A DNA stretch of 64,000 nucleotides from a virus. A program made the position numbers and the translations under genes. The notes under the pieces were generated by a model. The model was not told the DNA's origin. It made no database searches and saw only the letters and a list, made by a program, of their open reading frames with translations. The stretch lies in UHGV virus genome UHGV-1421865. The stretch is one strand, 5' to 3'. Shown piece by piece: positions 9,640 to 19,640 of this stretch; the stretch's first letter is position 1; every line of letters starts with the position of its first letter.

Positions 9640-11110
9640 GATAGCGTCATTAAACATTGAATATCAAGGAGATAATAAGTAGATACAAAATGACCAAACA
9701 GTTGTATAGTTTAAGAAGAAAATAAAGAAAGATGTATTTAACTGAAAAGCATATTATCAAACGAACGCACCCATTCTACAATGAGTGTGATAAGTTATGT
9801 TTTCAGTCAAAAAACATCTACAATCAAGGACTGTACAATGTAAGACAACACTACTTTAATACAAAGAAATATCTAAATTATTATGGAAATTATCACTTAA
9901 CCAAAACTCAGGAATGTTATGATTACCTTCCAACGAGAGTATTTTGTCAAACGTTAAAGCATGTTGATATGGTTTTCAAATCATTTTTCGCATTGCTTAA
10001 AAACAAAACTGTAAAGAATAGCCTACCAAAATACCTTGACAAGGTGAATGGTCGCTATGTAGCAACATTTATAAAGCAAGCAATAGGTTTAGGACAGTTT
10101 AAGAAAACGGGTAAACTACACTTATCACAAACAGATGTATACATATCAACAAAACTAACAGATTTTAGTTCTTTGAAAGAAGTTCGTATTGTTCCAAGGA
10201 TACATCATTATGTTATTGAAGTCGTTTATCAAGTGAAAGAAAAGACGCATTGTGATAATGGAAAGTATGCTGCCATTGACCTTGGATTAAACAATTTGGC
10301 AACAGTAGCATTTAATGATGGCTCAAAACCACTCATTGTTAATGGTAGACCCATTAAATCCATCAACCAATACTACAACAAAAAGAAGGCTCAATACCAA
10401 TCAAGGCTTAAAGGAAACAAACGAAGAAGCCAAACTATATGTACATTAACTAATAAGCGTAATAACAAGGTGACTGATTACTTGCATAAGGCAAGCCGAT
10501 TGTTGGTGAATCAATTAGTTTCGCAAGGAATAACCACATTGGTTATTGGTAAAAACAAAAATATGAAACAAGACATCAACATTGGCAAAGTGAATAATCA
10601 GAATTTTGTTCAGCTTCCCATAATGCGTTTTGCTGATTTAATGAAATACAAGTGTGAACTTGAAGGCATTAAAGTTTTGTTCAATGAGGAAAGTTACACA
10701 TCGAAGTGTTCCTTTTTAGACGGTGAACCCATTTGTAAACATGACAAATATATGGGTAAGCGTGTAAAAAGAGGTTTGTTCGTTTCACAGAACGGTATTA
10801 AGATTAACGCTGATGTTAATGCTGCATATAATATACTGATAAAAGCAATCCCAAATGCTTTTGCAGACGGGATAGAGGGTGTTGTAGTTCACCCATTGGT
10901 ATTAACCATAAAGAAATAATATATTATTTCATACTATTTCACGCTTATATCAGTCGAACTACAAACCTTCGACACAGCATTTGATATGCTGAGCAAAAAA
11001 GATACAATAAAAACCTACAAAGTGAATGTCGCGAAAGACGACAACACCTTTATCGATGATTTCCATGACACTATACTAGATCTTGTCAAACCCTAACCAA
11101 CCTACACATC
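9640..11110 (+). mobile_element. Probable solo IS200/IS605-type (IS1341-like) element carrying tnpB; ends not defined.
   Basis: tnpB is flanked by about 95 bp upstream and about 260 bp downstream of non-coding DNA, which could hold the LE/RE and an omega-RNA. A small hairpin cagcatttgatatgctg lies at about 10973-10989. Boundaries are inferred only. Confidence 0.4.
9732..10919 (+). CDS. tnpB: IS200/IS605-family TnpB (OrfB) RNA-guided nuclease-like transposon protein.
   Basis: 395 aa. The C-terminus has a Zn-finger-like region (C..C..C spacing in KCSFLDGEPICKHDKYMGKRV) followed by ADVNAAYNILIKA, the hallmark TnpB RuvC-III motif. N-terminal region typical of OrfB. No tnpA nearby. Confidence 0.8.
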   Translation: MYLTEKHIIKRTHPFYNECDKLCFQSKNIYNQGLYNVRQHYFNTKKYLNYYGNYHLTKTQECYDYLPTRVFCQTLKHVDMVFKSFFALLKNKTVKNSLPKYLDKVNGRYVATFIKQAIGLGQFKKTGKLHLSQTDVYISTKLTDFSSLKEVRIVPRIHHYVIEVVYQVKEKTHCDNGKYAAIDLGLNNLATVAFNDGSKPLIVNGRPIKSINQYYNKKKAQYQSRLKGNKRRSQTICTLTNKRNNKVTDYLHKASRLLVNQLVSQGITTLVIGKNKNMKQDINIGKVNNQNFVQLPIMRFADLMKYKCELEGIKVLFNEESYTSKCSFLDGEPICKHDKYMGKRVKRGLFVSQNGIKINADVNAAYNILIKAIPNAFADGIEGVVVHPLVLTIKK

Positions 11111-11182
11111 GCTTAGTAACGTACGTTGTTCTTTGAAGATCGTTAAAATAGATTATTATAAGAATAATATACGTAACAATAA

Positions 11183-11989
11183 ATGGATTTTGGGGTAGCA
11201 CTAAAGATATTAGATAAATACGGGCTGGAAGGTATAGCCTTATGTATAATTGCAGCGTTGATTTTTTACGGTGGGAAATGGGTACATACCAAGATAAGCG
11301 GTTCAATAACGACAACTATTCAACGACAGAACGATACCCTATCAAATAGCATAAAGGACTTATCTGTATCTTTAGCTACTGCGATGGTAGACAGAGAACA
11401 GTTTTTGATAAATGCCGTTGCCGAACAGAACAAGCACATGGTAGAATATCTCGTTAAACGAGACAATATCAAAAAAGACACACACGATACATTACTCGAA
11501 GAACGGCTGAAGAATACAGAGAACATCGAGCACAGACTGAACGACTTACTGAACTATTATCACTGTGATAGAATTCTACTGTACGAATTCCATAACTCGC
11601 TACAGAATTTATCGGGTATTCCGTTTGCGCGATTCTCTTGTAATTACGGTCGGCCGGCACCGGGTATTGTTTCGGTAAAACATAAATTACAGAATATCCC
11701 TTTCAGTACAATTAACACAGTAGTTCAGGACATAATGGAATCACCGGATTCGACAACATCGAATGTATGGTATAATGTGTCAGACTTAGCTATCAAGAAT
11801 CCGGATCTTGCACAGCTATTAACGTCTAACGGTGTGAAGTCGGTATTATTCAAGGGTCTGTACGGTAAGAACAATAATATGATCGGTCTTATCTCGATGG
11901 AATACATCAAACATCCTCAAGATATAAATATATCGTACACTAAACTATTGATTGAGGCATCTAAGATTGAGTCAATGCTCACCGCTTGA
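11183..11989 (+). CDS. Type-II membrane protein, 268 aa; possible T4 t-type holin given its architecture and position just upstream of the endolysin.
   Basis: Single N-terminal TM segment (GIALCIIAALIFYGG) and a large C-terminal domain. Its stop overlaps the endolysin start region. Confidence 0.45.
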   Translation: MDFGVALKILDKYGLEGIALCIIAALIFYGGKWVHTKISGSITTTIQRQNDTLSNSIKDLSVSLATAMVDREQFLINAVAEQNKHMVEYLVKRDNIKKDTHDTLLEERLKNTENIEHRLNDLLNYYHCDRILLYEFHNSLQNLSGIPFARFSCNYGRPAPGIVSVKHKLQNIPFSTINTVVQDIMESPDSTTSNVWYNVSDLAIKNPDLAQLLTSNGVKSVLFKGLYGKNNNMIGLISMEYIKHPQDINISYTKLLIEASKIESMLTA

Positions 11990-12033
11990 CAGTCCAATAC
12001 AGACTATCACAGTACAACGCAGACAACATAAGT

Positions 12034-12861
12034 ATGATCAACACAGCCTCAACAAGTCTCAACAAGCCCCCCCAAGACCAACATAAACCAGTACAGCCAG
12101 ATCAAGTATTAGAAGGTCTCGACGATTCAGAACGTCTTGTGTACCAACTACGGTCAGTACAGATGGATTTATTGAAGTCATGTATAGAGGGTTTCTCGTC
12201 TGAACAAATGGATGACGGTCATGCAGGTATCGACTACATCAACTATGCCGCTACTATGCCGATGGGCAGCGCTGAATTAGGTATCGATTCGTTATCAGAA
12301 TTTACTAACTATAACGGTTCTATACCTACTAACAAAGTCGCCGCAGCACTTAAAGTACCTAAACAATATAGTAACCGACTAGCGGCGTCGATAGCGATGC
12401 TCGACAAGTATGCACCTCAACTTGGCCTGAATAGTACAGGTAAGGTGTTATTGTTAGCACAGTTCGCTCACGAAAGCGGTAATTTCCAATTCTTTAAGGA
12501 AATAGGTGGCGCTGGTCGAAGCTACGGTCAACCGAAAGGTCCTTATGGTAAGCGATACTACGGACGAGGTCCGATACAAGTAACCCACGATTATAATTAT
12601 AAGGATATATACGAAAAGGCATTCCCGCAAATGGGACTGTCACAGTACAATATCTATGCTAATCCGGACCTGTGTGAAACAAACGACGTTATCGCTATTG
12701 CAGCAACCTTAGGATTTCTAATGTTGAACAAACGAGTCATAGAAGCCGCTAATTCTGGTGACATTAGAAAGACTACACGATATATCAACGGCGGACAAAA
12801 CGGTCTCGACGATCGTATAAAAAAGACTGGGCAGATCATATCGGCGCTGTCGACGACTTGA
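12034..12861 (+). CDS. Glycoside hydrolase family 19 (chitinase-like) endolysin.
   Basis: LLAQFAHESGNFQFFKEIG...YYGRGPIQVTHDYNYKD...INGGQNGLDDR matches the GH19 catalytic core (HESG..E.., GRG.IQ.T, INGG.NG). ATG at 12034; an alternative TTG at 11986 overlaps the upstream stop. Confidence 0.8.
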   Translation: MINTASTSLNKPPQDQHKPVQPDQVLEGLDDSERLVYQLRSVQMDLLKSCIEGFSSEQMDDGHAGIDYINYAATMPMGSAELGIDSLSEFTNYNGSIPTNKVAAALKVPKQYSNRLAASIAMLDKYAPQLGLNSTGKVLLLAQFAHESGNFQFFKEIGGAGRSYGQPKGPYGKRYYGRGPIQVTHDYNYKDIYEKAFPQMGLSQYNIYANPDLCETNDVIAIAATLGFLMLNKRVIEAANSGDIRKTTRYINGGQNGLDDRIKKTGQIISALSTT

Positions 12862-12986
12862 GTGACTGGGTGACGATTCGGAAGTTCAGTCAAATCAAAA
12901 GTAGTCTACTAGTAGTTTAGTAACGTCAATAGTAGTGTACCGATGATTCGGAAGTTCAGCCAAATAAGCAACAATAATAATATAAG

Positions 12987-13550
12987 ATGTTTGATAATAT
13001 AGATGCTTTATTAAAGGATGTAGGTAGTGTCGAGGTAGAAGAACAGTCTATGTCGATGCCCTTAGATTTAGACGAGGTGAATTCTGAATCGGAGCGTCAG
13101 GCGTACAATATAACACAGCGACTTGCTAATTATTTCTTCGACGAGCGCTATATTAAAGAGCATCCGTATATCCCTACTAAGATTTCTCAAGAGGTCGATA
13201 CCTTACGTCGTCTTATTAAGATGTTGAGAATCAACGAGAAAGCACAGGACACCGTCATTCAGGCAATATCGTTAGACGCCACTAAAGGTGCGTTGTACAG
13301 TGCGTTGACGTCGTTACAGAACAGTATGTTGTCGATGCAAACACAGCTGAATAATATCGTTAAAGAATTGGAGACCATCTTCAAAGAGATGCAAGACTAT
13401 ACAGAGAAAACCTTCGCTGAAAAAGAGAAAGAGCAAACAGATAACGGCGATATTATCGTTAGAGGTTCCAGAGACTTTATTAAGGACATCGAACGACAAT
13501 TATCTGGCACTACTAGTGAAGATATTGTATATACTAATAAAGACAGTTAA
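12987..13550 (+). CDS. Hypothetical coiled-coil protein.
   Basis: ORF with ATG start, followed by a terminator hairpin. Confidence 0.55.
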   Translation: MFDNIDALLKDVGSVEVEEQSMSMPLDLDEVNSESERQAYNITQRLANYFFDERYIKEHPYIPTKISQEVDTLRRLIKMLRINEKAQDTVIQAISLDATKGALYSALTSLQNSMLSMQTQLNNIVKELETIFKEMQDYTEKTFAEKEKEQTDNGDIIVRGSRDFIKDIERQLSGTTSEDIVYTNKDS

Positions 13551-13585
13551 GACAATACTAATACTATATAAAACAACTGAAACAG

Positions 13586-13640
13586 CAAAGGTAGGACCTT
13601 ATTTTGGGTTCTACCTTTATTCGATTTTTGGTCGATTTTT
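13586..13640 (+). terminator. Rho-independent terminator.
   Basis: Stem caaaggtaggacc / ggttctaccttt, followed by ttcgatttttggtcgattttt. Confidence 0.6.
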
Positions 13641-13660
13641 AGATATATAGATATAAATAT

Positions 13661-16600
13661 ATGAAAGCAACATTTACTGACCACCTTCCAAGTGGTAAAA
13701 CAGTAGAGTACACCTCAGTGCCGTTGCCTGTATGGAACACACAAGGTAATCCTATTGCGAGTGCTCAATATGTTGTCGACGGTACGAGGATAACACGGAC
13801 CGGACTACACAGCGACGAAGGTAAGCTCCAAGATTTTATTGTTAATTTGATGAATGTTCATTTCTGTGGCATGGTCTTGGATGTACCGAGCGAATGTCCT
13901 ATTAAAAAGTTATACACATCGTCTGACCTGAAGTTTTTACTTGACTGGTATGCTGCCCAGCTTGCTAAGAATAGCGATGAGATAAATGCACTATTTATTA
14001 GAGTACAAGAGCTCGAAAGAAAGAGTTTTAGTTCCAGTGACGGGTACTATTATATCACACCCAAGGACACATCGATGATCTCGTTTGTTACCGGTACTAA
14101 TCTTGTATTATCGACTATAAAAAACAAATTCGATGTTGGTGGCTCTGGAGATGATCTTGTATTCACGTCGAAAAATCCCGAACTGTTCACCGTCGAAAAC
14201 GGTAATTTGGTCAAGAAAGGTACTGGTATCGGTGTACTGGAAGCCGCCTCGAAAAAGAATAGTTCGTTAAAGACAACTGTAAAAGTACTCAGCATCCGCC
14301 CTGAAGATATAGACATCGAAGGCGTTGATGGACTTCAAAATGGCCAGATACATGGTACAACAGCACCAGTGGACTTTAATTTGGATACAAATACCGGTGG
14401 TGATTTTACACAGTCTGTACTGACTATTGCGACAGCAAAAGATCACAAGAATGACGTAGATGAGATTAAAAAGAGTCTTACTGTAACAGAAACGTACAAT
14501 GTCGATAATTCAAATGGCACATACAGATTGAATGATCAAGGCAAACTAGAAAAGACAGGAAATGAAGGTAGTGGTAGTGTAACTAAGACAGTAACAGTTA
14601 AGTACGGACAAGAGGTAGTTAGAACAGCCGAAGTGTATACTAATGTAACTGTAGAAAGAACACATCGTACACTTGAGTTGAAGAAACCTGTATTGTTTAT
14701 TGAACAATCAAGTTTAGAATATAACGTACAGGACGTTCTTGATGTAAAGAATAACGGTAGGTCAGAGTCCCTGTCTGGCTACGTAGTAAAATCCGGTTCG
14801 CCTTTCCGAATTGAAGGTAACAAGCTTAAATATACCGGTACTTTCGGTGATACTGCAACATTAACATTAGTTAAGGACGGTACAGAAGTAAGTACTACTA
14901 TAAAGACTTATAAGTTGCCTACATTTAGTACTATAGACGACAACGTTACAATGGGTGATCATGTGATTAAAAAGATCACAGTTCCGAACCCGACTGGTCC
15001 TATAATGTCGTTATTTGGTATTACTACTAACACAGAATTCGTTCAACCGAATGCTGACTTTACTATGAATGTTAATGGTAATACGGCGTCTATTGCATCT
15101 AGTAAAGCGAATACTGGTGTATTTAGAATTACACAAACTGTAAGATACAACGGTACTATCATTGCTCGAAAAGAATTCAATGTAACTGTAACTGTTACGT
15201 CTGGTGAACAGGAAGCACATCGTACTATTGTTATTAAGAAACCCATTATATTTGTAGAGAATAATGATCTAGAATATGATCTATCTGATGTAATTGATAT
15301 ACAGCGCAACGGTACATCTGAATCCTTGTCGGGCTATACTGTGAAACCCGGATCGCCGTTTGTTATCAACAATGGCAAGCTTAAATTTACTGGTTCTTTT
15401 GGTAGTAATTCAACGTTAACCTTGGTTAAGAACGGTACAGAAGTAAGTACTACTATAAAGACTTATAAGTTGCCTACATTTGATAAGGCAGAAGATAAAA
15501 AAAATATAGTTGGTAGTGTTACTAGATATGTTGCAGCACGCGTGCGAGGTGAATTGATTAATGATTATTTTAAGCCCGAAATGGATGACGAAGATGCTTA
15601 TCCTGTTACTATTGAATATACGTATACTAAAGTATCTGGCGACTTTAAGGCAAATCAGGGCGAATATGATATACAGCTTACGTCTGATGTACCTAGTACC
15701 GGCATAGTTAAATACACTCAACTTGTAAAAGTAAATGATAATACTATTGCAACAAATGAAGGAAGTTTTAACGTTACGTTTACTAGCAAAGAGGTGTATG
15801 AATTAAGTAGTCCTACAAGTGATGTTGTGTTATATAACAATGTTATAAAATCAGTAGGTATTCTTGGTATAACATCTACCAAAAATGGACAGCCTGTTAT
15901 GCCTACAATGAATGTAACTATCATGGATCATACCGATCCGACCGATTCTGAGGGTTCGACACCCACACCTACTCCAACACCTGTCCCGGGTACTACTCCT
16001 GAACCTGGTGTCGTTCGTTCACATTATGTAACTGTAAATTGTACAAAAAATGCAGAGAATACTTATGACCTAAGAATAACTGCGGCAGACGGTTTACGTC
16101 CAGGTGAAACAGCACGAGGATATGTTGAATTAACAAACGGCAACAAGAACTTGGCTATTCAATTTGAATTGAAAGAATTTGTAACGGGTCTACATGCTGT
16201 ACCGACAGAAGTTACAATGAACAAGGCACAGCGTAGTGCATATTTTGATGTGTTTGTAGACGGTGTTCCCAGTGAATACGGTTATTCATATTGCCATTCG
16301 GACTATGATATTACCTATAACGATCAAAATGGAAATTGGAACATTACAGGATCACCCGACGGTGAAATGGAAGAAAGGGGTTACCATCGTATAAGAGTAG
16401 AACAACGCAATGATGTACAGAATACTGGTATAGATGTTGTAGTTAGATCTAGACATGATTCGTCTAAGACAATTACTGTACCGGTTAGATACCTGGCAGG
16501 TCAATCCACTGGAGGTGCTACACCAACACCCACGATAGATCCAAATAGACCTGTAACTTCAACTAGTGCTGTTGAGAGAAAACATTTTAATGTAGGTAAT

Positions 16601-18220
16601 GCTGTAAAACTTTCTGCACCAGAATTCTCTGACGCGACATATACTTGGCATCTACCTGATGGATCAACCCGTACAGGTCGTGAAATCGAGTTCACTGCAG
16701 CACAGCAATACGCCGGTAAGTACACAGTTGATGTCACTTTCCCTGACCCATATAGAATTCACACCCACTTTATCATAGTAAATATCATTAGTCTACAAGA
16801 AACTGCGGTGTCAGAGGCAGATAAGGAGATTCGTACCGGTGACTCTGTAGATTTTACAGCACCTCCCGCTATCGGTATGATCTACACTGCACCCGATAAA
16901 ACTATAGAGGCTGAAGAAGACGATCTAGAATACCAATGGCAAATTACGACAACACCCGATGTTGAGGACAGCTGGAAGGACATCGAAGGTGCAGATACGC
17001 AAAATCTAAAGTATGTTGCTTCAAAACCTGGTGTCTACTATATACGTCGTACAACACAGTTTAGTGAAGTACGAGCCATTGGTGGTAAAACAAAGCTGAC
17101 TGTAACAGCAGCTGTTGATTCACAACCGGAAATTATAGGAACTAGCAATGCTGAAGAACAAGCTTTAGTAGGCGAGACTGTGAAACTCACTGCAAGAGAA
17201 TATCCTGGTGCAACCTACACTTGGACTCTACCTGATGGGTCAACTCGTACAGGTCGTGAAATTGAATTTATTGCCGCTGTAGATAAAGCCGGTGAATACA
17301 GAGCACTCATCACCCTATCGAATCGAACCGAAGCTTACTTGGTAAAATACAACGTGAACGTCTATAGTCTGGAAGACACCGCAGTATCGGAAGCAGATAA
17401 AGAGATTCACGTCGGTGACTCTATAGAGTTCACTGCGCCGGCTTCCGTTAGTGCAGCTTACGATAGTACTGGTCATGAACAGATTGATGAAGACGAATTT
17501 GAATACAAATGGGAAATAACCAGCACCCCTGATGTAGATAGTAGTTGGACGAGTATTACTGGAGGAGACAAACAAAATCTCACCTACACCGCTTCACAGG
17601 AGGGTGTATATTATATTCGCCGTACAACAGAGTTGGGTGAATTGAAAGCATTCGGTGGAAAAACGAAAGTGACAGTGAAAGCGACTGGATCTACATCGAC
17701 ACCTAAACGTATATCTAATGTAACGGTAAATGTTCATAATTTAGTAAACATACAAGCTGGTACACCTACTACTGTTAGTTATACTGTAAATTATACAGGT
17801 GAACTTGAGGATGGAAATACTAATGACTTAAACATTATACCAAATAACGCCGAAACATCGTATGCAATAGGGAATAATAATAGTGTAACTATTGATGACA
17901 TTTATATTACAGTAGATAAAACAAACAAGACAATTACATTCGAGACATCACGCAAGCTAGGTGCAAAAGAAGTAGAACTTGAAGTACTATCTAATAGTAA
18001 TGTAGTAGGTATGTTCACAGTTAGTGTAACGCCGCAATCTACACCTACACCTAAACCTGTAGATGGTGGTTATGACGAACATGGCGTACATATAAATCCT
18101 AACAGTGATGGTACACCTACACCGACGTCTACGCCCACACCTACGACACCTGTAGCAGACGGTAGTAGTACACCTACACCAACGTTAGAACCTGTGGTGA
18201 CACCGCGACCTGTGTTGTGA
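13661..18220 (+). CDS. Large (1519 aa) Ig/PKD-like multidomain virion surface protein with internal duplications and Pro/Thr-rich linkers.
   Basis: Duplicated ~80 aa module (..SESLSGY.VK.GSPF...TLVK.GTEVSTTIKTYKLPTF) and duplicated ~190 aa module (YTW.LPDGSTRTGREIEF...AVSEADKEI..GDS..FTAP...VYYIRRTT). TPTPTP linkers at about 15955-16010, 16508-16540 and 18040-18215. Confidence 0.8.
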   Translation: MKATFTDHLPSGKTVEYTSVPLPVWNTQGNPIASAQYVVDGTRITRTGLHSDEGKLQDFIVNLMNVHFCGMVLDVPSECPIKKLYTSSDLKFLLDWYAAQLAKNSDEINALFIRVQELERKSFSSSDGYYYITPKDTSMISFVTGTNLVLSTIKNKFDVGGSGDDLVFTSKNPELFTVENGNLVKKGTGIGVLEAASKKNSSLKTTVKVLSIRPEDIDIEGVDGLQNGQIHGTTAPVDFNLDTNTGGDFTQSVLTIATAKDHKNDVDEIKKSLTVTETYNVDNSNGTYRLNDQGKLEKTGNEGSGSVTKTVTVKYGQEVVRTAEVYTNVTVERTHRTLELKKPVLFIEQSSLEYNVQDVLDVKNNGRSESLSGYVVKSGSPFRIEGNKLKYTGTFGDTATLTLVKDGTEVSTTIKTYKLPTFSTIDDNVTMGDHVIKKITVPNPTGPIMSLFGITTNTEFVQPNADFTMNVNGNTASIASSKANTGVFRITQTVRYNGTIIARKEFNVTVTVTSGEQEAHRTIVIKKPIIFVENNDLEYDLSDVIDIQRNGTSESLSGYTVKPGSPFVINNGKLKFTGSFGSNSTLTLVKNGTEVSTTIKTYKLPTFDKAEDKKNIVGSVTRYVAARVRGELINDYFKPEMDDEDAYPVTIEYTYTKVSGDFKANQGEYDIQLTSDVPSTGIVKYTQLVKVNDNTIATNEGSFNVTFTSKEVYELSSPTSDVVLYNNVIKSVGILGITSTKNGQPVMPTMNVTIMDHTDPTDSEGSTPTPTPTPVPGTTPEPGVVRSHYVTVNCTKNAENTYDLRITAADGLRPGETARGYVELTNGNKNLAIQFELKEFVTGLHAVPTEVTMNKAQRSAYFDVFVDGVPSEYGYSYCHSDYDITYNDQNGNWNITGSPDGEMEERGYHRIRVEQRNDVQNTGIDVVVRSRHDSSKTITVPVRYLAGQSTGGATPTPTIDPNRPVTSTSAVERKHFNVGNAVKLSAPEFSDATYTWHLPDGSTRTGREIEFTAAQQYAGKYTVDVTFPDPYRIHTHFIIVNIISLQETAVSEADKEIRTGDSVDFTAPPAIGMIYTAPDKTIEAEEDDLEYQWQITTTPDVEDSWKDIEGADTQNLKYVASKPGVYYIRRTTQFSEVRAIGGKTKLTVTAAVDSQPEIIGTSNAEEQALVGETVKLTAREYPGATYTWTLPDGSTRTGREIEFIAAVDKAGEYRALITLSNRTEAYLVKYNVNVYSLEDTAVSEADKEIHVGDSIEFTAPASVSAAYDSTGHEQIDEDEFEYKWEITSTPDVDSSWTSITGGDKQNLTYTASQEGVYYIRRTTELGELKAFGGKTKVTVKATGSTSTPKRISNVTVNVHNLVNIQAGTPTTVSYTVNYTGELEDGNTNDLNIIPNNAETSYAIGNNNSVTIDDIYITVDKTNKTITFETSRKLGAKEVELEVLSNSNVVGMFTVSVTPQSTPTPKPVDGGYDEHGVHINPNSDGTPTPTSTPTPTTPVADGSSTPTPTLEPVVTPRPVL

Positions 18221-18242
18221 CAACTAGAAAAATTAAAAAGAA

Positions 18243-18644
18243 ATGTTCAAAATAGTATCGACAGTACTTAACTTGTTGACTTTTGGTATCTTTAAGCAAA
18301 AAGGTAACGACGGTGATAAACAAGATTCGTTGTTCAAAAAGCTAATAAAGGACAATAACAATTATAGTGTTGGTAATTTCTTCCTTATCGTGCTAACAAT
18401 GGTTGCTATATTGCTACTGATGGTACCGATGTCGTTGTTGATAGAAATGCTTTTTAATAAGACTATTGTTACCGACCTTAATGGTATGGCGGCGTATATA
18501 CTCGCTGTTGTGTCGTTGTTGGGTATCGGTGGGGGTACCTTCGGGTGGGTAGAATGGTCTAAGAATAAGTATTCTGGAGACAACACAGACAGTACAGACA
18601 CTGTTGACACTGTTGAAGTCAACAATCTTGAAAACAACAAGTAA
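18243..18644 (+). CDS. Small polytopic membrane protein.
   Basis: Three hydrophobic segments; ATG start. Confidence 0.5.
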   Translation: MFKIVSTVLNLLTFGIFKQKGNDGDKQDSLFKKLIKDNNNYSVGNFFLIVLTMVAILLLMVPMSLLIEMLFNKTIVTDLNGMAAYILAVVSLLGIGGGTFGWVEWSKNKYSGDNTDSTDTVDTVEVNNLENNK

Positions 18645-18669
18645 GTCAATTAAGTACATGTAAATCAAA

Positions 18670-18710
18670 AAGAGACAGCTTCTAAAATTAGGAGCTGCCT
18701 CTATTTTTTA
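18670..18710. terminator. Probable bidirectional hairpin terminator between convergent genes.
   Basis: agagacagcttc..taaaatta..ggagctgcctct, with T-runs on both flanks. Confidence 0.45.
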
Positions 18711-18751
18711 TACTGTTAAGTCAAATACTGTTAAGTTAAATACTGATATAG

Positions 18752-19618
18752 TTAAATGTTGATAAACCTATTCGGTTCTGGTTTGTCTTCGACTGACGTA
18801 TCAACTGTGTTTGTAACACTATTCACGTCTGTATTAGTACTGTCGTTGACTGTAGTACTGTCGTTGACTACTGTAGTAGGGCTAACTGTTGACGTATCAA
18901 CTATGTTTGTACTGTCTGTATTAGAAATGCCCCCGACTATGTTGTTCACTGTATTAGTATCGTCTACTGCAGTGTTGTTTAGCGTTTTATTGTGTGTGAT
19001 AGTACTGTCACTGACTACTGTAGTAGGACTAACTGTTGGTATATCAACTGTGTCTACCGTCGAACTTTCATTGACTACATTAGTACTAGTATCATCTGTA
19101 TTGGATTTGACTGTAGTAGGTTGTACGTCAATGGTGTCATCAGGAGACTCTAACGACGCATCAGAACCGTTGATAAAGTCTGCCAGGGTCGATGTCATCA
19201 GTAGTGCAATGATAGGTAGTATCGCACCTACAATATAAGTGACAATAACAGTTGTCATTTTATCGGGTAGATTCGTCCATATAAAGATAGGATCTTTGAA
19301 GTATTGTAGGTCTGCAACACTATTTGTTACAATGTACTTATATGACGCAAAGATATTACCCATTACCTGGACTATCGTCAGTACTGTCATCAACACCCAC
19401 GGTACGACCTTCGATTGTTCTTTCTTCGTCGACAAGATACTGAACAGCACCACTGCCTGGCCGATTTCGAAAGCAATACCCAACAACACACTCATAATGG
19501 TCGTATTAGCAAGCCCAAAGAATGAGAACGAGTGGATAAGTGAAACGACTGCAACGATGACATACAAAAATGAAAACGAACCGATGTATAGATTACGTTT
19601 ATTAAGAAATTTTGTCAT
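18752..19618 (-). CDS. Polytopic membrane protein with a Ser/Thr/Val/Asp-rich low-complexity C-terminal tail.
   Basis: Four predicted TM segments, then repeated TVDT/TVVSDST-type sequence. Confidence 0.55.
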   Translation of the reverse strand: MTKFLNKRNLYIGSFSFLYVIVAVVSLIHSFSFFGLANTTIMSVLLGIAFEIGQAVVLFSILSTKKEQSKVVPWVLMTVLTIVQVMGNIFASYKYIVTNSVADLQYFKDPIFIWTNLPDKMTTVIVTYIVGAILPIIALLMTSTLADFINGSDASLESPDDTIDVQPTTVKSNTDDTSTNVVNESSTVDTVDIPTVSPTTVVSDSTITHNKTLNNTAVDDTNTVNNIVGGISNTDSTNIVDTSTVSPTTVVNDSTTVNDSTNTDVNSVTNTVDTSVEDKPEPNRFINI

Positions 19619-19640
19619 TTTTTTTTCTGAGTATGTTATA

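Noticed and set aside
14050-17575. Multiple 60-100 aa ORFs on the opposite strand inside the 13661-18220 gene, with similar antisense ORFs inside other large genes.
   Set aside because: They are fully nested antisense to long conserved-repeat coding sequence, have no independent start context, and are of the length expected by chance. I treat them as spurious.
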